From contig NC_086097.1 of NCBI RefSeq assembly GCF_963921235.1, forward strand, positions 246,886,001 through 246,950,000: DNA of 64,000 nucleotides. The letters are read 5' to 3'. The notes below the pieces were generated by a model, which saw only the letters and a list, made by a program, of their open reading frames with translations, had not been told where the DNA came from and did not search any database. The translations under genes were made by a program, and so were the position numbers. This document shows positions 51,803 through 64,000 of this stretch, in pieces (position 1 is the stretch's first letter; every line of letters starts with the position of its first letter). This DNA comes from Mobula hypostoma. Lineage: Eukaryota.

Positions 51803-52224
51803 TTTACGAGCGAACTCCCTGTTCCAGCATTTGGGTGAAGGAAATTTCATCTTACAGAATTCACAATTCATGACCCAAAAATTTGATGTGTAATAAATTT
51901 TGCTTTCATGGAATCCAAGAAATAAAATTTGCATTTAAAAAAAATAACTTACGCTTCTTGATGCAGCTTTGCATTATGGAAAAAAAATGCAATATGGACC
52001 TTGTCCCAGAAATGCACCCTGCCCCCTCCACCCCCACCCTTAGTGTAGCACTAGGGTCACCTGTACTGTATTGCTACCCGTGAAACAAAGCTGTGAACAA
52101 TGTAGATACTCCATGTTCCTAAAGCAACACTTTGAAAGTCAATCAGTGGCTGTGAAGCACTTTGCCAAGTCTTGAGGTACCTTCAGAAAGAACTTTCCTC
52201 AAACGCAAGCCCAACTTTTCCTGT

Positions 52225-52700
52225 TCATAAAAGTCACCACCATCTCCAAAACAATAACTGCATCCTTGAAAACAAATAGCTCGAATAGACACAGCAGGAG
52301 AATTAGGCCATTCTGCCCATTGTGTATGGTCCACTGTTTCATCATGGCTGATTTATTATCCCCTCAGTCCCATTCTCCTGCCTTTTCCCCATAACCCTTG
52401 ACACCCTGACTAATCAAGAACCTATCAACTTCTGCTTTAAATATTCCCAATGACTTGGCCTCCACAGCCATCAGTGGGCAATGAGTTCCAGGTTCACCAT
52501 CCTTGGCTAAAGAAATTACTCCTTATCTCTATTCTAAATGGATGTCCCTCTATTCTGAAGTAGCACCCTTTGATCCTAGACTCTCCCACTATAGGAAACC
52601 TACTCTTCACGTCCACTGTATCTAGGCCTTTCAATATTCGATGGGTTTCAATGAGATCTCCCCCCCACCATTCTTCTAAAATCCAGTGAAAATCCAGGAA
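52225..52700 (-). mobile_element. CR1 3' fragment (starts ~52285)
   Basis: agaattaggccatt 3' UTR and CR1 C-terminal remnant. Left boundary uncertain. Confidence 0.6.
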
Positions 52701-52809
52701 AAGCCTTCAAGTCTATTCCAAAAGAGCATTGTGTAAAATTACTGTAAACCAGGCTTCAATGCAAGTTCTTCACTAGATTGTCCCAGCTATGCTGAAAAGC
52801 ATCTTTTAC

Positions 52810-53448
52810 CTGCTCACACCCTCTGGCTCCTCCTTGGTCAGCACTAGGGGCAGAGGTAGTGGTGGTAACGTTGATGTAAGTGGCTGTGAATTCTTCTCTT
52901 TTTCCTTTGTAGACTCACTTGGCAGAGCTTGCCTGGGTTTCTCTTTTGGTGTGGTTGACTCCACTTTAAGTGATGGCGTTTTGGGAGTTTTTGTTACCAG
53001 GTTCACCAATACCGCTTCCTTTTTGTCCAAGGTTGACTCAGGGTCTATTTTTACCTCCTGGGAAATCGGCTTAGTTTTCAGTTTCTCGTTTTTAACTGCC
53101 GCTTGGATTCCAGTGTTCGATGGGGAAGCAGGTGCTCGCTCTGACTTGAGCTTACCAGCTTCCTTTGTATCCTTTGTCTGAGATGTGTGGCCTGCTGTTG
53201 AACTGGCATTGCCACTTGCCTTGGCAGCAGTCACATTAAGTGCATTAGAGGTTTTAGCATTATTCTTAGCAGCTTCAACAGCTCTTGCTTTTTTATGCTT
53301 ATTCAGCTCAGCAGCAAGACTAGTCTTATAAGTTAAACTGTTTGGTGAAATGCTTGACTGCCGACTACGAGACCTTGAAACACGATGCTTGCTGCGAGAT
53401 CTTGAGCGTCTGGAATAATATGGACTTCTGCTCCGTGACTTGGGTCTC
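52810..53448 (-). CDS. CDK13: CDK13 coding exon 2 (639 nt)
   Basis: Acceptor ttgcactttcag|G, donor GCAG|GTAAAA. Encodes SRSRSPYYSRRSRSRSKHRVSRSRSRQSSISPNSLTYKTSLAAELNKHKKARA...TSTLPPLPLP, matching CDK13. Phase 2-2. Confidence 0.93.
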
Positions 53449-53661
53449 CTGAAAGTGCAAATCATGAAACCAATAAAGATCCAATTAATTAAATAAAAAG
53501 TGCAGGTCATTTATTGTGAAGGCAAATAAAGCCTGAAGAAGTAGGCATGAGCATTTGATGCCAGTTTCTTGCCATAAGAAATACACATTGAAAAATGTTC
53601 GAATTGACCCACATGGATTCACAAAGTAGATGAAAGTTTCAATTGTTTTAATTACTATGAA

Positions 53662-54870
53662 TACAAAAAATTCTACGAATGCTGGAAAATCCAGAACAAT
53701 ACAAAAAAATGCTGGAGGAACTCAACAGGTCAAGTAATATCTATGAAGAGGAATAAGTAAGTCGACAGTTCATCAAAACTGAAAGGGAAGGGGGAAGATG
53801 CCAGAATATGCTAGAATTACAATGGCTATTCAACACCTAAAATTGGTATTTTTCACCATCAACACTGCCCTCAACCACAGCTCTTCCATTTCACACGTCT
53901 GCTCTTATCCCATCCTCTCGCCACCCTACCAGGGATAGGGTTCCTCTTGTCCTCATCTACCACCCTACCAGCCTCCATGTCCAGCACATAATTCTCCGAA
54001 ATTTCTGTCATCTCCAACGAGATCCCACTACCAAACACATCTTTCCCTCCCCCCACTTACTGTTTCGATGGGGAACACTCCCTTTGCAACTCCCTTGACC
54101 ATTCGTCCCTCCCCACTGATCTCCCTCCTGGCACTTATCCTTGCAAGTGGAATAACTGCTACACCTGCCCCTACACCTCCTCCCTCACTACCATTAAGGA
54201 CCCCAAGCAGTCCTTCCAGGTGAGGCGACATTTCACCTGAGAGTCTGTTGGGGTCGTATACTGCATTTGGGGCTGCCGGTGTGGCCTCCTATGTATTGGT
54301 GAGACCAGATGTAGACTGGGAGACGGCTTCGCCAGGCATCTACGCATCATCCGCCAGAACAAGCGGGATCTTCCAGTGGCCACCCATTTTACTTCCACTC
54401 CCATTCCATTATGTCCATCCATGGCCTCCTCCACTGTCGGGATAAGGCCACACTTAGGTTGGAAGAACAACACCTAACAACACTCTGTTTGGGTGAACGT
54501 CGATTTCCCAAACTTCCAGTGATGCTTCCATTCCCCCCCCCCGCCCCACCACTTCACCATTTCCCAACCCCATGCCCCTCTGGTGCTCCTCCCCCACCCT
54601 TTCTTCCATGGCCTTCTGTCTCTTTCACCAATCAGCTTCCTAGCTCCTTGCTTCATCCCTCCCCCTCCAAGCTTCACATATCACCTGACATTTCTCTCTC
54701 TCCTCCTCCCCCCTTTCTAATCTACTCTCAGCCTTTTCTCTCCAGTCCTGCCAAAGAGTTTCAGCCCGAAACGTCGACTGTACTTATTTCCATCGATGCT
54801 GCCTGGCCTGCTGAGCTCCTCCAGCATTTTGTGTATGTATTGCTCGGATTTCCAGCATCTGCAGATTTAT
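53662..54870 (+). mobile_element. Older PLE (GIY-YIG + 3' UTR) with inverted 3' arm at ~53662-53805
   Basis: Homology to 42767-43876, degenerate hammerhead 54744-54779. Confidence 0.8.
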
Positions 54871-55484
54871 TTCATTCTTTTTTCCTTTTTGGCTCATTTC
54901 AGTAAGGTAAAACACATCAAGGGGTGAGAGACAGGAGCTGTTAGATGATTAGTGGAACCAAGTGAAGAGGGGATGATGGACTGCAATTTTTGTCTGAAAG
55001 TCATTGCACTCATTCCATCGAATGCGTGTCTGATGCAACTTACAGACCCAGGATTAGTTAAACCCATTTTTGTATGGACTTCACAAAATGGTTTGAATAG
55101 CCTTCTTCTGCACTATAAATTTCAATGAAACATTTCATAGAGTGCTGAAAATGAGTAGTTTTTCCTCACATTGTGCACAAAAGTTTGTATTGTCTACACT
55201 GTAAATGCTGGGCATGAGCAATATACCTGGAGCTGCAAAAGATGGAATGTTGTCTCAGAGAACCTGAGCAGCCCTGTGCACAAAAAAATAACTGGATCTG
55301 AAGAGTCAGTCTCAAACATCACTAGTTCAAGAATTAGAGCACTCAACTTTCCAAAATAAATCATTCTTTTCATATGGTCTTTGGCTGCAAAATTGACCAG
55401 TAGCTTACAAGGTCTGTTCTGAGAGTCATTAAAGTGCCCCCACATTACTCTGTGGGTCTCTAGCCAGTTTCCTCACCTGAATTA

Positions 55485-55488
<4 letters not shown>

Positions 55489-55536
<48 letters not shown>
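55489..55536. repeat. (AT)n microsatellite
   Basis: About 24 AT units read directly. Confidence 0.95.
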
Positions 55537-55540
<4 letters not shown>

Positions 55541-56049
55541 ATTCTAGTTTCAGGATAACTGTTCAACCCTTTGGAGACCGCCTAGTAACATCATCACCAT
55601 TCTATCTTTCAGTTTTGATTAAAATTTTATGTGATAGATATGTTTCTAAGCATTATCTTTCAGGTCTCAAATCAGAACCAAAATATGCCTGCATTACCAT
55701 CTGGGGATTACTTCAAATTAATAGCCAGGCCTCATGTTATCCATGAAGGCTGAGATAGTGTTTTTACAAAAAGAAAACTTTTTGCTGAAAGATCAGAAAG
55801 TGCTTTAAAATGGCCATTGTCTATTCAAGCCATTGGGGCCTGTGCCAGTTTCTAATACAGACCCATTACCCTTACTCTCAGGTAGTTTACACTCTCTCTA
55901 TAATGCCCAACTTCCCTTTGACTCTACAGCAGAGATAACTTAGTTATAATGCCAGCTCATCCTTGCAAACTAGAAACCACACCCCACTATTTCCCAAGCT
56001 AGAAATTGTTAATACAAGGGGCATCATTTTAAGGTGACTGAAGGAAATT

Positions 56050-58128
56050 ATAAGATATCCATAAGATAAGGTTGCATAGAGTTGGGGGTGATGTATTAGC
56101 ATGGAGAGATGATTGGTTAACCAACAGAAAGCAGAGAGTTGGGATACATATGTGTTACTCTGGTTGGCAATCAATGGTGTGCCGCAGGGGTTGGTGCTGG
56201 GCCAGAAACTGTTCATGATATACATTAATGATCTAGAAGAGGGTATTGAGTGTGGTGTATCTAAGTTTGCTGATGACACTAAATTGAGTGGAAAAGCGAA
56301 TTGTGCAGAGGATATGGAGAGTCTGCAGAGAGATATAGATAGATTAAGTGAGTGGGCGAGGTCATCCACTTTGAAAGGAAAAATGGAAGAGCAGATTATT
56401 ATTTAAATGGTAAAAGATTACTTGGAGAGAACATTGTTGGAAAAACATTATAAGATACTTCAAGACCCCATATCAGGAAAAATATAAAGATACAAATGTG
56501 ATGTGTTGGAGAAGGTGTGGCTCCAAGGAGGCAAATCATTTTCATATTTTCTGGGATTGCCCTAAATTAAGTCTTTTTTGGGAAGGTATTCATAGAACAT
56601 TAGTTAAGGTACTTAGGTCCCAGATACCTCTGAACTTTGAGACGCTCTATTTGGGGCATGTATTGTTCCTTGAACAGAAGGAAGATACAAAGTTGCTGCA
56701 GGCCCTCTTAGCGGCAAGTAAGAAATCAATCACTAGAAAATGGCTAAATCCAATACCACCTACATTAGAAGATTGGTACGAAATTATCTTGGAAATATTT
56801 AAAATGGAAAAGTTGACTTACTCCCTGAGAACTCAAAAAGAAACATTTTATCAAATCTGGAATAAATGGATTGAATATATAACCCCAATGCGAGCAGACT
56901 TTAGATGACTCTCCTAATGATTTATATTGCTCTTCTCATCAACACAGTAATATTGCTAACGTAAGCACCCCTAGTCTAAATGTTTGTTTTTTTTTGGAAA
57001 ATAGAGAATTAACACAAGTAAATGGAAAGATTTGGCAAAGGGATAAAAAAAATGAAAAAATTAAGTAAATAAGTACATAGGGATTGCATAATTATGTCGG
57101 CGGGCAGGAACAAGCACGAACAAATTGGGATATAAACACCTACAATGGTTGGTATATAGGCTTGTATGCAACATTTTGGACCAGTGGAAATGGTCCAGAA
57201 GGGTTGTATGGAAACTATTATTACCATTTTTCTTAACAACTAATTTCATTACTTAGCCTAATAGGTTAGATTTACCACAGTACATAATTATCTATTTAAA
57301 TGTTTATTTTCCTTTTATATCATCTCAATGTGTACTTAAGAATGTATAAATAATTGTAGTTTTATACATATAAAAAAATGGAAAAGGTTATATGTGTGAA
57401 AAAAGTACATGATAATTGTGAATTCCTTATCCAAATAAAAATAAAATTAAAAAAAAGAAAAGGAAAAAAAATGGTAAAAGATTGCAGCATGCTGCTGTGC
57501 AGAGGGACTTGGGAGTGCTTGTGCATGAATCACAAAAGGTTGGTTTGCAGGTGCAACAGGCTGTCAAGAAGGCAAATGGGATATTGGCCTTCATTGCTAG
57601 TGGGATCGGATTTAAGAGCAGGAGGTTATGCTGCAACTGTACAGGGGACTGGTTAGGCCGCACCTAGAGTACTGTGTGCAGTTCTGGTCTCCTTACTTGA
57701 GACTTTGGAGGAGGCTCACCAGGTTGATTCCAGTGATGAGGGGGTTAGATTATGAGGAGAGATTGAATCATCTGGGATTCAGAAGGATTAGAGGAGATCT
57801 TATAGAAACATAAAATTATGAAAGGGATAGATTGTTTCCAGAGGTAGGCAGGACTAGAACTAGGGAACATAGCCTCAAGATTCAAGGGAGATGAGGAGGA
57901 ACTGCTTTACCCAGAGTGGTGAATCTGTGGAATTTTCTACCCAAAGAAGCGTGTAGGCTACCTCAGTAAATGTATTTAAGACAAGGTTGAAAAGATTTTT
58001 GCACAATCCGAGAATTAAAGGTTATGGAGAAAAGGCAGATGGATTTGAGTCCATGGTCAGAACAGCCATGGTCTTATTGAATGGCAGAGCAGGCTCGACA
58101 AGCCAGATGGTTCCAATTTCTTATGATT
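56050..58128 (+). mobile_element. CR1 LINE interrupted by an L1 3' end
   Basis: GVPQGLVLG, KFADDTKL, LVRPHLEYCVQFWSP. Confidence 0.85.
56420..57468 (+). mobile_element. 5'-truncated L1 of a second family
   Basis: CWRRCG..HIFWDCP knuckle, 3' UTR, AATAAA and A-rich tail. Perfect 15-bp TSD AAATGGTAAAAGATT (56405-56419 / 57469-57483) at a TTT/AAA target. Confidence 0.9.
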
Positions 58129-58269
58129 TAATAAAGGGGGGGGGCGGGGAGGAGGAAAGGGCATGGTACACTCTGCCAGGCTGCCAAGGGTGGTAATAGA
58201 GGCATGTACATTAGGGACATTGAAGGAACCCTTAAAAGGCAAGTAGATGATAGAAAAATGGAGGGGAAC

Positions 58270-58365
58270 ATGCACAAAATGCTGGAGGAACTTAGCAGGT
58301 CAGGCAGCATCTATGAAAAGGAATAAAGAGGTGACATTTCGGGCCAACAGTCCCCATTAGGACTC
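58270..58365 (-). mobile_element. Short PLE 3' end fragment
   Basis: cacaaaatgctggaggaacttagcaggtcaggcagcatct. Confidence 0.6.
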
Positions 58366-59576
58366 ATTAAAACAGAAGATTATGTAAGAAGGATAGATTG
58401 ATAGGAGTTGGTTAAAAGGCTGACACAGCATAGTAGGCCAAAGGGTCTCTACTGCGCTTTAATGTTCTAAATCCCATGAAATACTCCATAACAAAATCAG
58501 ATCTATCATCGACCAATCTGACATGAAATTCATTTTGCAGCAGTAGTACATAAAACCACCAATGGTGCAAATAATGCAATACAAAAGCATGCATACAACA
58601 ATGCACTCCAACTTCACACATTACCAACACTGTGACTACAGCTACTACCAACTGTTAATTTTACAAAATCAATTCCTCAACAGATAGCCTTGTATGCCAG
58701 AATGCTTTATACTTAACAGGTATTTTAGCTCGTAAGTGCTGAAGTGTTATTAAAACAGGGAAATCACGATCTCATGAACTATCTGAAAGGAAAACGGTAT
58801 TATCATGTACCTAAAAGGCTGCTAAAGAGCAAGAGCTGTAGGAATTAATGTCAAGAGCCACGAAACATAAAGCATTTCATCTTGCTTAAAACTTTTGAGA
58901 TTATAATTTACATAATGTCTATTACATAAATATCAAAAATACAAAAATTTATTGGATTAGCCCAGACAATGATCATTCATTGACAATCTTTCCTTCAGAT
59001 CACATCTAACTTTGCAAGAGCACTGACGTTACACCAATTCAACATAATAGAACTTAAAATCTTATTACTTTTCAGGATTTAATATAAGACATTGGACACT
59101 GAGCCCTTAGCACTACGAAACTCAATTCATGGGAATGCTATGACATATGTTACTAGATTTTACACTAACTCTTGTAATTAAAAGTAAAAATCTATCTGCT
59201 ATGGAAGAATTTGACATCAGGTAAACTGAAGTGGAAAGGTGAATAATATGTGTCAGTTCTATGGAATTACTGACGTACCATATTTGACACCAGCACACTT
59301 AATTGTGCGGAGGGAGGGGGGGGTCTTCGATGTTCCTATCATTCACTCTGTGGGGCAGTTCTTGTTCCGTGAATGTCCGTGAAATGTACGAATTTCAAGT
59401 TGTATACTGTACACATTCTTAAAGGAACCTCTGGATTGTATAACCACTAACTTTGCAATAACCTTTGTTGTATAAGCCGTGTTACTTTACGATATTGAAT
59501 ACCCATCAAGGCAATACAATAATCACATAACTTTTCTCCACCCCTTGCCCGGTTATCTTCCCCCACAGAGACTGAC

Positions 59577-60550
59577 CTGAGTTCGGGGCTCCGGCTGAAT
59601 GGGCTGGACGAGCGGCGGCGGCTGCTGCTGGAGTAGGGGTTGGGAGAGAGGCCGCCAAACTCATAGGGGCTGAGATGCCGGGAGAAGCTGGGCGAGCGAC
59701 GGCGGGGAACCGAGTAGGGGCTGGGAGAGCGGCCCGTGTAGCCGGGGTGCAAGCCCTGCTCCCGCGAACCGTACAGGGGCTTGAAGGCGAAGAGCGGCGG
59801 CGGGGGGCTGCGGCCGTACAGGTCAAAGGCGCCCGGCCTGACGGGGCTGTGGCCGGCGCCGGGTCCGTACACCTGCGGATAACAAGGCACGGCCGTCCCG
59901 TACGGGCTCGGCTCCCTGTACACCGGGCTGCGAGGCCCGGGCGAAGCCGAGGTGCGGTAAGCCCGCGGCGTATCCCAATCCAAGTCCCGGTAAGCCCGCG
60001 GCGGAGGCTCCCGGTAAGCGGCGGGTGTCTCTTTGTCAGTGCGATGCGAGGCGCGGCTCCCTCGGGCCTCCTGGCCCGACTGCTCGGCCCCCGATGCCGC
60101 CGCCGCCTTGTTGCGGTTCCGGCTCTTGCTTCTCTTGCCGTCGGCCCGCGACCGGGAGCTCTCCTTGGCCCGGCCCCGCCTCCGTCGCTCCTTCTCTCGC
60201 CAGCGTTCGGTGGGCCGGCGGCTGGCGGCGCCCTCCGCCTGCGAGCTCACGTTCTCATATTCCACCAAGCCCCGCAGCGACAGCGGCAGAGCCGACGGGC
60301 CCGAGGAGGCGCCAGCTGCTGCGGCGACAGCCGCTGCCACCGCCGGGTGTTTACCATCCCGCCGCAGGGCCCGGCTCTCGGCCGAGCGCTTCTTGCGGCG
60401 TTTCCTACGCCGCGAACTCGAGGAACGGGGAGCGGTGGCCGTTGCGCAGCGGCCCTGGTCCCGGGCCTGCGCCAGGCCGCTCTCACTCAGGCGTCTCCTG
60501 ACGCTGGGGCTGTGACCCCGGCTCCCGCCGCGGGTCTCCGTGCTTGGCAT
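59577..60550 (-). CDS. CDK13: CDK13 coding exon 1 (974 nt; N-terminal low-complexity, RS-rich region)
   Basis: ATG at 60550 (MPSTETRG...). Contains LVEYENVSSQ, RRRKRRKKR and RSPSPY motifs typical of the CDK12/13 N-terminus. Donor CTCAG|GTCAGT at 59577/59576, phase 2. Confidence 0.9.
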
Positions 60551-60880
60551 TGACTCGCGGGGGACGAGCAGCGACCGACCCCCCTCACTCCATGGGCTCG
60601 GCGCCGCCGGACATCACACAAGGCCCTGCCCTCTCCTGTCCACCGGGCCCTGCAGCCGCGACTCTAGCAGCGCCGGTACATCCGGGCCTCCGCGGCGCGC
60701 GATGCCCCTCCGCGCCGACTCACAAAATGGCCGCCACACCGGGGCGCACGGAAACCCTCGTCGACGTCACTCGCCCCACATCCGGCCGTTCGGGCCTGTG
60801 AGCGCGGTGAGGAGAACCGGAGCCCGGGTCTGGCGTTCGAACCTTCCCGGGGGAATGGAGCAGCTTAACGCCGTCTAATG
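59580..60880 (-). promoter_or_regulatory. CpG island covering the CDK13 promoter, 5' UTR and exon 1
   Basis: Abrupt GC- and CpG-rich block. YY1-like GGCGGCCATTTTG (minus strand, ~60723-60735) and CRE-like GTGACGTC (~60763-60770) lie upstream of the ATG. Confidence 0.8.
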
Positions 60881-60964
60881 ACAGCAATAACCCGGGACAA
60901 GGTTTGCTTCTGTGACCACGTTTCGCTCCGTTACTTATGCGTGCAACTGTTACCTCGTCCCTGA

Positions 60965-61520
60965 CTTCAGAATCAGGTTTAACACTGACTTCTGATAAAT
61001 TTAAAAAAAAATCAGGTTCACTGACTACAAATTGAAAAACAAGTTTATCATTTTATTATTAAATCAGCTTTATTATCCCTGATTTATGGAATGAAAATTG
61101 TTGCTTTGTGGCAGCAGTTCAGCGCAAAGACATAGGATTACAGTAAATTACAGAAATGAATGAATAGTGCAGACATGTATAATGACATGGGGTTCGTGAG
61201 TTTATGGATCATTCAGAAATGTAGTGGTCCAGGAAAACATTCACAGTCAGGTTTATTATTACTGACATATGTTCTGAAATTTATCGTTTTGCGGCTGCAG
61301 TACAGAGTAAGAGATAAAAAAAATTACCAGAAGTTACAATAAATAAGTAAATAGTGCAAGAGGGAAATAGAGAGGTAGTGTTTGTGGACCATTCAGTAAT
61401 CTGATGGCAGAGGAGAAGAAGCTGTTCCTAAAACAGTGAGTGTGGGTATTCTGGCTCCTGTACCTCATCCCCAGTGATAGTCATGAAAAAAGGACATGTC
61501 CTGGTTGGGGAAGGGCGTTA
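60965..61520 (-). mobile_element. Clustered Rex1/L2-like 3' end fragments
   Basis: Repeated tcaggtttattat..ctgac tails and aatctgatggcagagg..aagaagctgttcct. Confidence 0.5.
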
Positions 61521-61579
61521 ATGTTCGATTATTCTCTAGTTAAGTTATAACCCTGCAAAGTAGTACAGAGTTTAGTGGT

Positions 61580-63682
61580 TCCTGGGATGATGTTTTTGCA
61601 GGGAAATGTACTATGGACATGTGGTCGACGTTTAGAGATCTCTTGCGGGATGTAAGGGATAAATTTGTCCCAGTGAGGAAGCTAATGAATGGTAGGGTGA
61701 AGGAACCATGGGTGACAAGTGAGGTGGAAAATCTAGTCAGGTGGAAGAAGGCAGCATACATGAGGTTCAGGAAGCAAGGATCAGATGGGTCTATTGAGGA
61801 ATATAGGGAAGCAAGAAAGGAGCTTAAGGGGCTGAGAAGAGCAAGAAGGGGGCATGAGAAGGCCTTGGCGAGTAGGGTAAAGGAAAACCCCAAGGCATTC
61901 TTCAATTATGTGAAGAAAAAAAGGATGACAGGAGTGAAGGTAGGACCGATTAGAGATAAAGGTGGGAAAATGTGCCTGGAGGCTGTGGAAGTGAGTGAGG
62001 TCCTCAATGAATACTTCTCTTCGGTATTCACCAATGAGAGGGAACTTGATGATGGTGAGGACAATATGAGTGAGGTTGATGTTCTGGAGCGTGCTGATAG
62101 TAAGGAAGAGGAGGTGTTGGAGTTGTTAAAATACATTAGGATAGATAAGTCCCCGGGGCCTGACGGAATATTCCCCAGGCTGCTCCATGAGGCGAGAGAA
62201 GAGATTGCTGAGCCTCTGGCTAGGATCTTTATGTCCTCGTTGTCCACGGGAATGGTACCGGAGGATTGGAGGGAGGCGAATGTTGTTCCCTTGTTCAAAA
62301 AAGGTAGTAGAGATTGTCCGGGTAATTATAGACCAGTGAGCCTTATGTCTGTGATGGGAAAGCTGTTGGAAAAGATTCTTAGAGATAGGATCTATAGGCA
62401 TTTAGAGAATCATGGTCTGATCAGGGACAGTCAGCATGGCTTTGTGAAGGGCAGATTGTGTCTAACAAGCCTGATAGAGTTCTTTGAGGAGGTGACCAGG
62501 CATATAGATGAGGGTAGTGCAGTGGATGTGATCTATATGGATTTTAGTAAGGCATTTGACAAGGTTCCACACGGTAGGCTTATTCAGAAAGTTAGAAGGC
62601 ATGGGATCCAGGGAAGTTTGGCCAGGTGGATTCAGAATTGGCTTGCCTGCCGAAGGCAGAGGGTGGTGGTGGAGGGAGTACATTCAGATTGGAGGATTAT
62701 GACTAGTGGTGTCCCACAAGGATCTGTTCTGGAACCTCTACTTCTCGTGATTTTTATTAACGACCTGGATGTGGGGGTAGAAAGGTGGATTGGTAAGTTT
62801 GCAGACGACACAAAGGTTGGTGGTGTTGTAGATAGTGTAGAGGATTGTCAAAGATTGCAGAGAGACATTGATGGCATGCAGAAGTGGGCTGAGAAGTGGT
62901 AGATGGAGTTCAACCCGGAGAAGTGTGAGGTGGTACACTTTGGAAGGACAAACTCCAAGGCAGAGTACAAAGTAAATGGCAGGATACTTGGTAGTGTGGA
63001 GGAGCAGAGGGATCTCGGGGTACATGTCCACAGATCCCTGAAAGTTGCCTCACAGGTGGATAGGGTAGTTAAGAAAGCTTATGGGGTGTTAGCTTTCATA
63101 AGTCAAGGGGTAGAGTTTAAGAGTCGCGATGTAATGATGCAGCTCTATAAAACTCTGGTTAGGCCACACTTGGAGTATTGTGTCCAGTTCTGGTCACTTC
63201 ACTATGTGGAAGCATTAGAAAGGGTACAGAGGAGATTTACCAGGATGCTGCCTGGTTTAGAAAGTGTGCATTATGATCAGAGATTAAGGGAGATTAAGGC
63301 TTTACTCTTTGGAGAGAAGGAGGATGAGAGGAGACATGATAGAGGTGTACAAGATAATAAGAGGAATAGATAGAGTGGATAGCCAGCGCCTCTTCCCCAG
63401 GGCACCACTGCTCAATACAAGAGGACATGGCTTTAAGGTAAGGGGTGGGAAGTTCATGGGGGATGTTAGAGGAAGGTTTTTTACTCAGAGAGTGGTTGGT
63501 GCATGGAATGCACTGCCTGAGTCAGTGGTGGAGGCAGATACACTAGTGAAGTTTAAGAGACTACTAGACAGGTATATGGAGGAATCTAAGGTGGGGGCTT
63601 ATATGGGAGGCAGGGTTTGAGGGTCGGCACAGCATTGTGGGCCGAAGGGCCTGTACTGTGCTGTACTATTCTATGTTCTATG
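61580..63682 (+). mobile_element. Young 5'-truncated CR1 LINE (ORF2 RT)
   Basis: 429-aa ORF 61613-62902 with SPGPDG, NYRPVSL, DFSKAFDKV, GVPQGS and KFADD. One in-frame TAG, continues in 62903-63620. (TTCTATG)n tail. Confidence 0.93.
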
Positions 63683-64000
63683 ACATTAATTCCTATTACT
63701 CCTCTGTACTAATTCCAGTTCTTTTGTACGAGTTACCCTGTCTCACTCCTCTGTAGAACTTACCCTGTTGCCCTGGCCCTCTCTGCAGAAGTTCTGTCAA
63801 CCACATTTGCTCCATTAAAGTTCAAAGTACATTTATTAATCAAAGTATCTATGCAGTTTACAACCCTTCGCCACAGACAGTCATGAAGCATGGAGATAAG
63901 CAAAGAAAACCATCAAACCCCCTCTCCCACCACGCGCAAAAACATATATTTGTACAGCTGTTACTCTGTCCCACTCCTCTGTAGAAGTTTCCCATTTTAT

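Noticed and set aside
20991..54870. CRISPR-like array or prokaryotic RT-nuclease (retron-like) system
   Set aside because: Repeats are dispersed PLE ends with TSDs, not regularly spaced. RT + GIY-YIG is standard PLE architecture in a spliced vertebrate locus.
59447..59576. Exon 1 ORF continuing to a stop at 59447
   Set aside because: Read-through past a good donor (CAG|GTCAGT). Composition shifts to intronic and phase matches exon 2.
16148..60550. Calling the gene CDK12
   Set aside because: Exon 3 has some CDK12-like residues (RHLLTDLP), but SLAAELNK..KARA in exon 2 and ICGPR/GET/IDWGK in exon 4 fit CDK13. A tree or synteny check would settle it.
59675..60878. Long + strand ORFs (292, 158, 160, 112 aa) over exon 1
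   Set aside because: Stop-poor antisense frames of a GC-rich exon, with no recognisable domain.
63695..63995. Short recurring motif ctcctctgtagaa
   Set aside because: Only three or four degenerate, irregularly spaced copies at the window edge. Not interpretable.

Overview
Vertebrate genomic DNA, probably from a cartilaginous fish (inferred from the CR1/HER1-type LINEs, V-SINE-like repeats and Penelope-like elements). It is not prokaryotic. The only host gene is the 5' part of CDK13 on the minus strand: a CpG-island promoter near 60.6-60.9 kb and coding exons 1-4 (59577-60550, 52810-53448, 25209-25382, 16148-16287), all with GT-AG junctions in consistent phase. Exon 5 was not found and should lie beyond position 1. 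The introns are packed with transposable elements: a 5'-complete L1/Tx1-type LINE, a Gmr1-like Gypsy LTR element inserted in a CR1, many CR1 LINEs, SINEs, hAT and Tigger DNA transposons, and many Penelope-like elements (PLEs). Best candidates for new biology: (i) minimal type I hammerhead ribozymes in the PLE 3' ends, three intact copies in CDK13 sense orientation; (ii) an HDV-like ribozyme with an unusual hairpin inserted in L3, at the 5' end of a young non-autonomous RTE-like element; (iii) a recurring fold-back PLE insertion architecture, down to ~190-bp palindromes that turn inside the ribozyme; (iv) two independent PLE insertions that share the same inactivating mutations. All alignments and RNA folds were done by eye.
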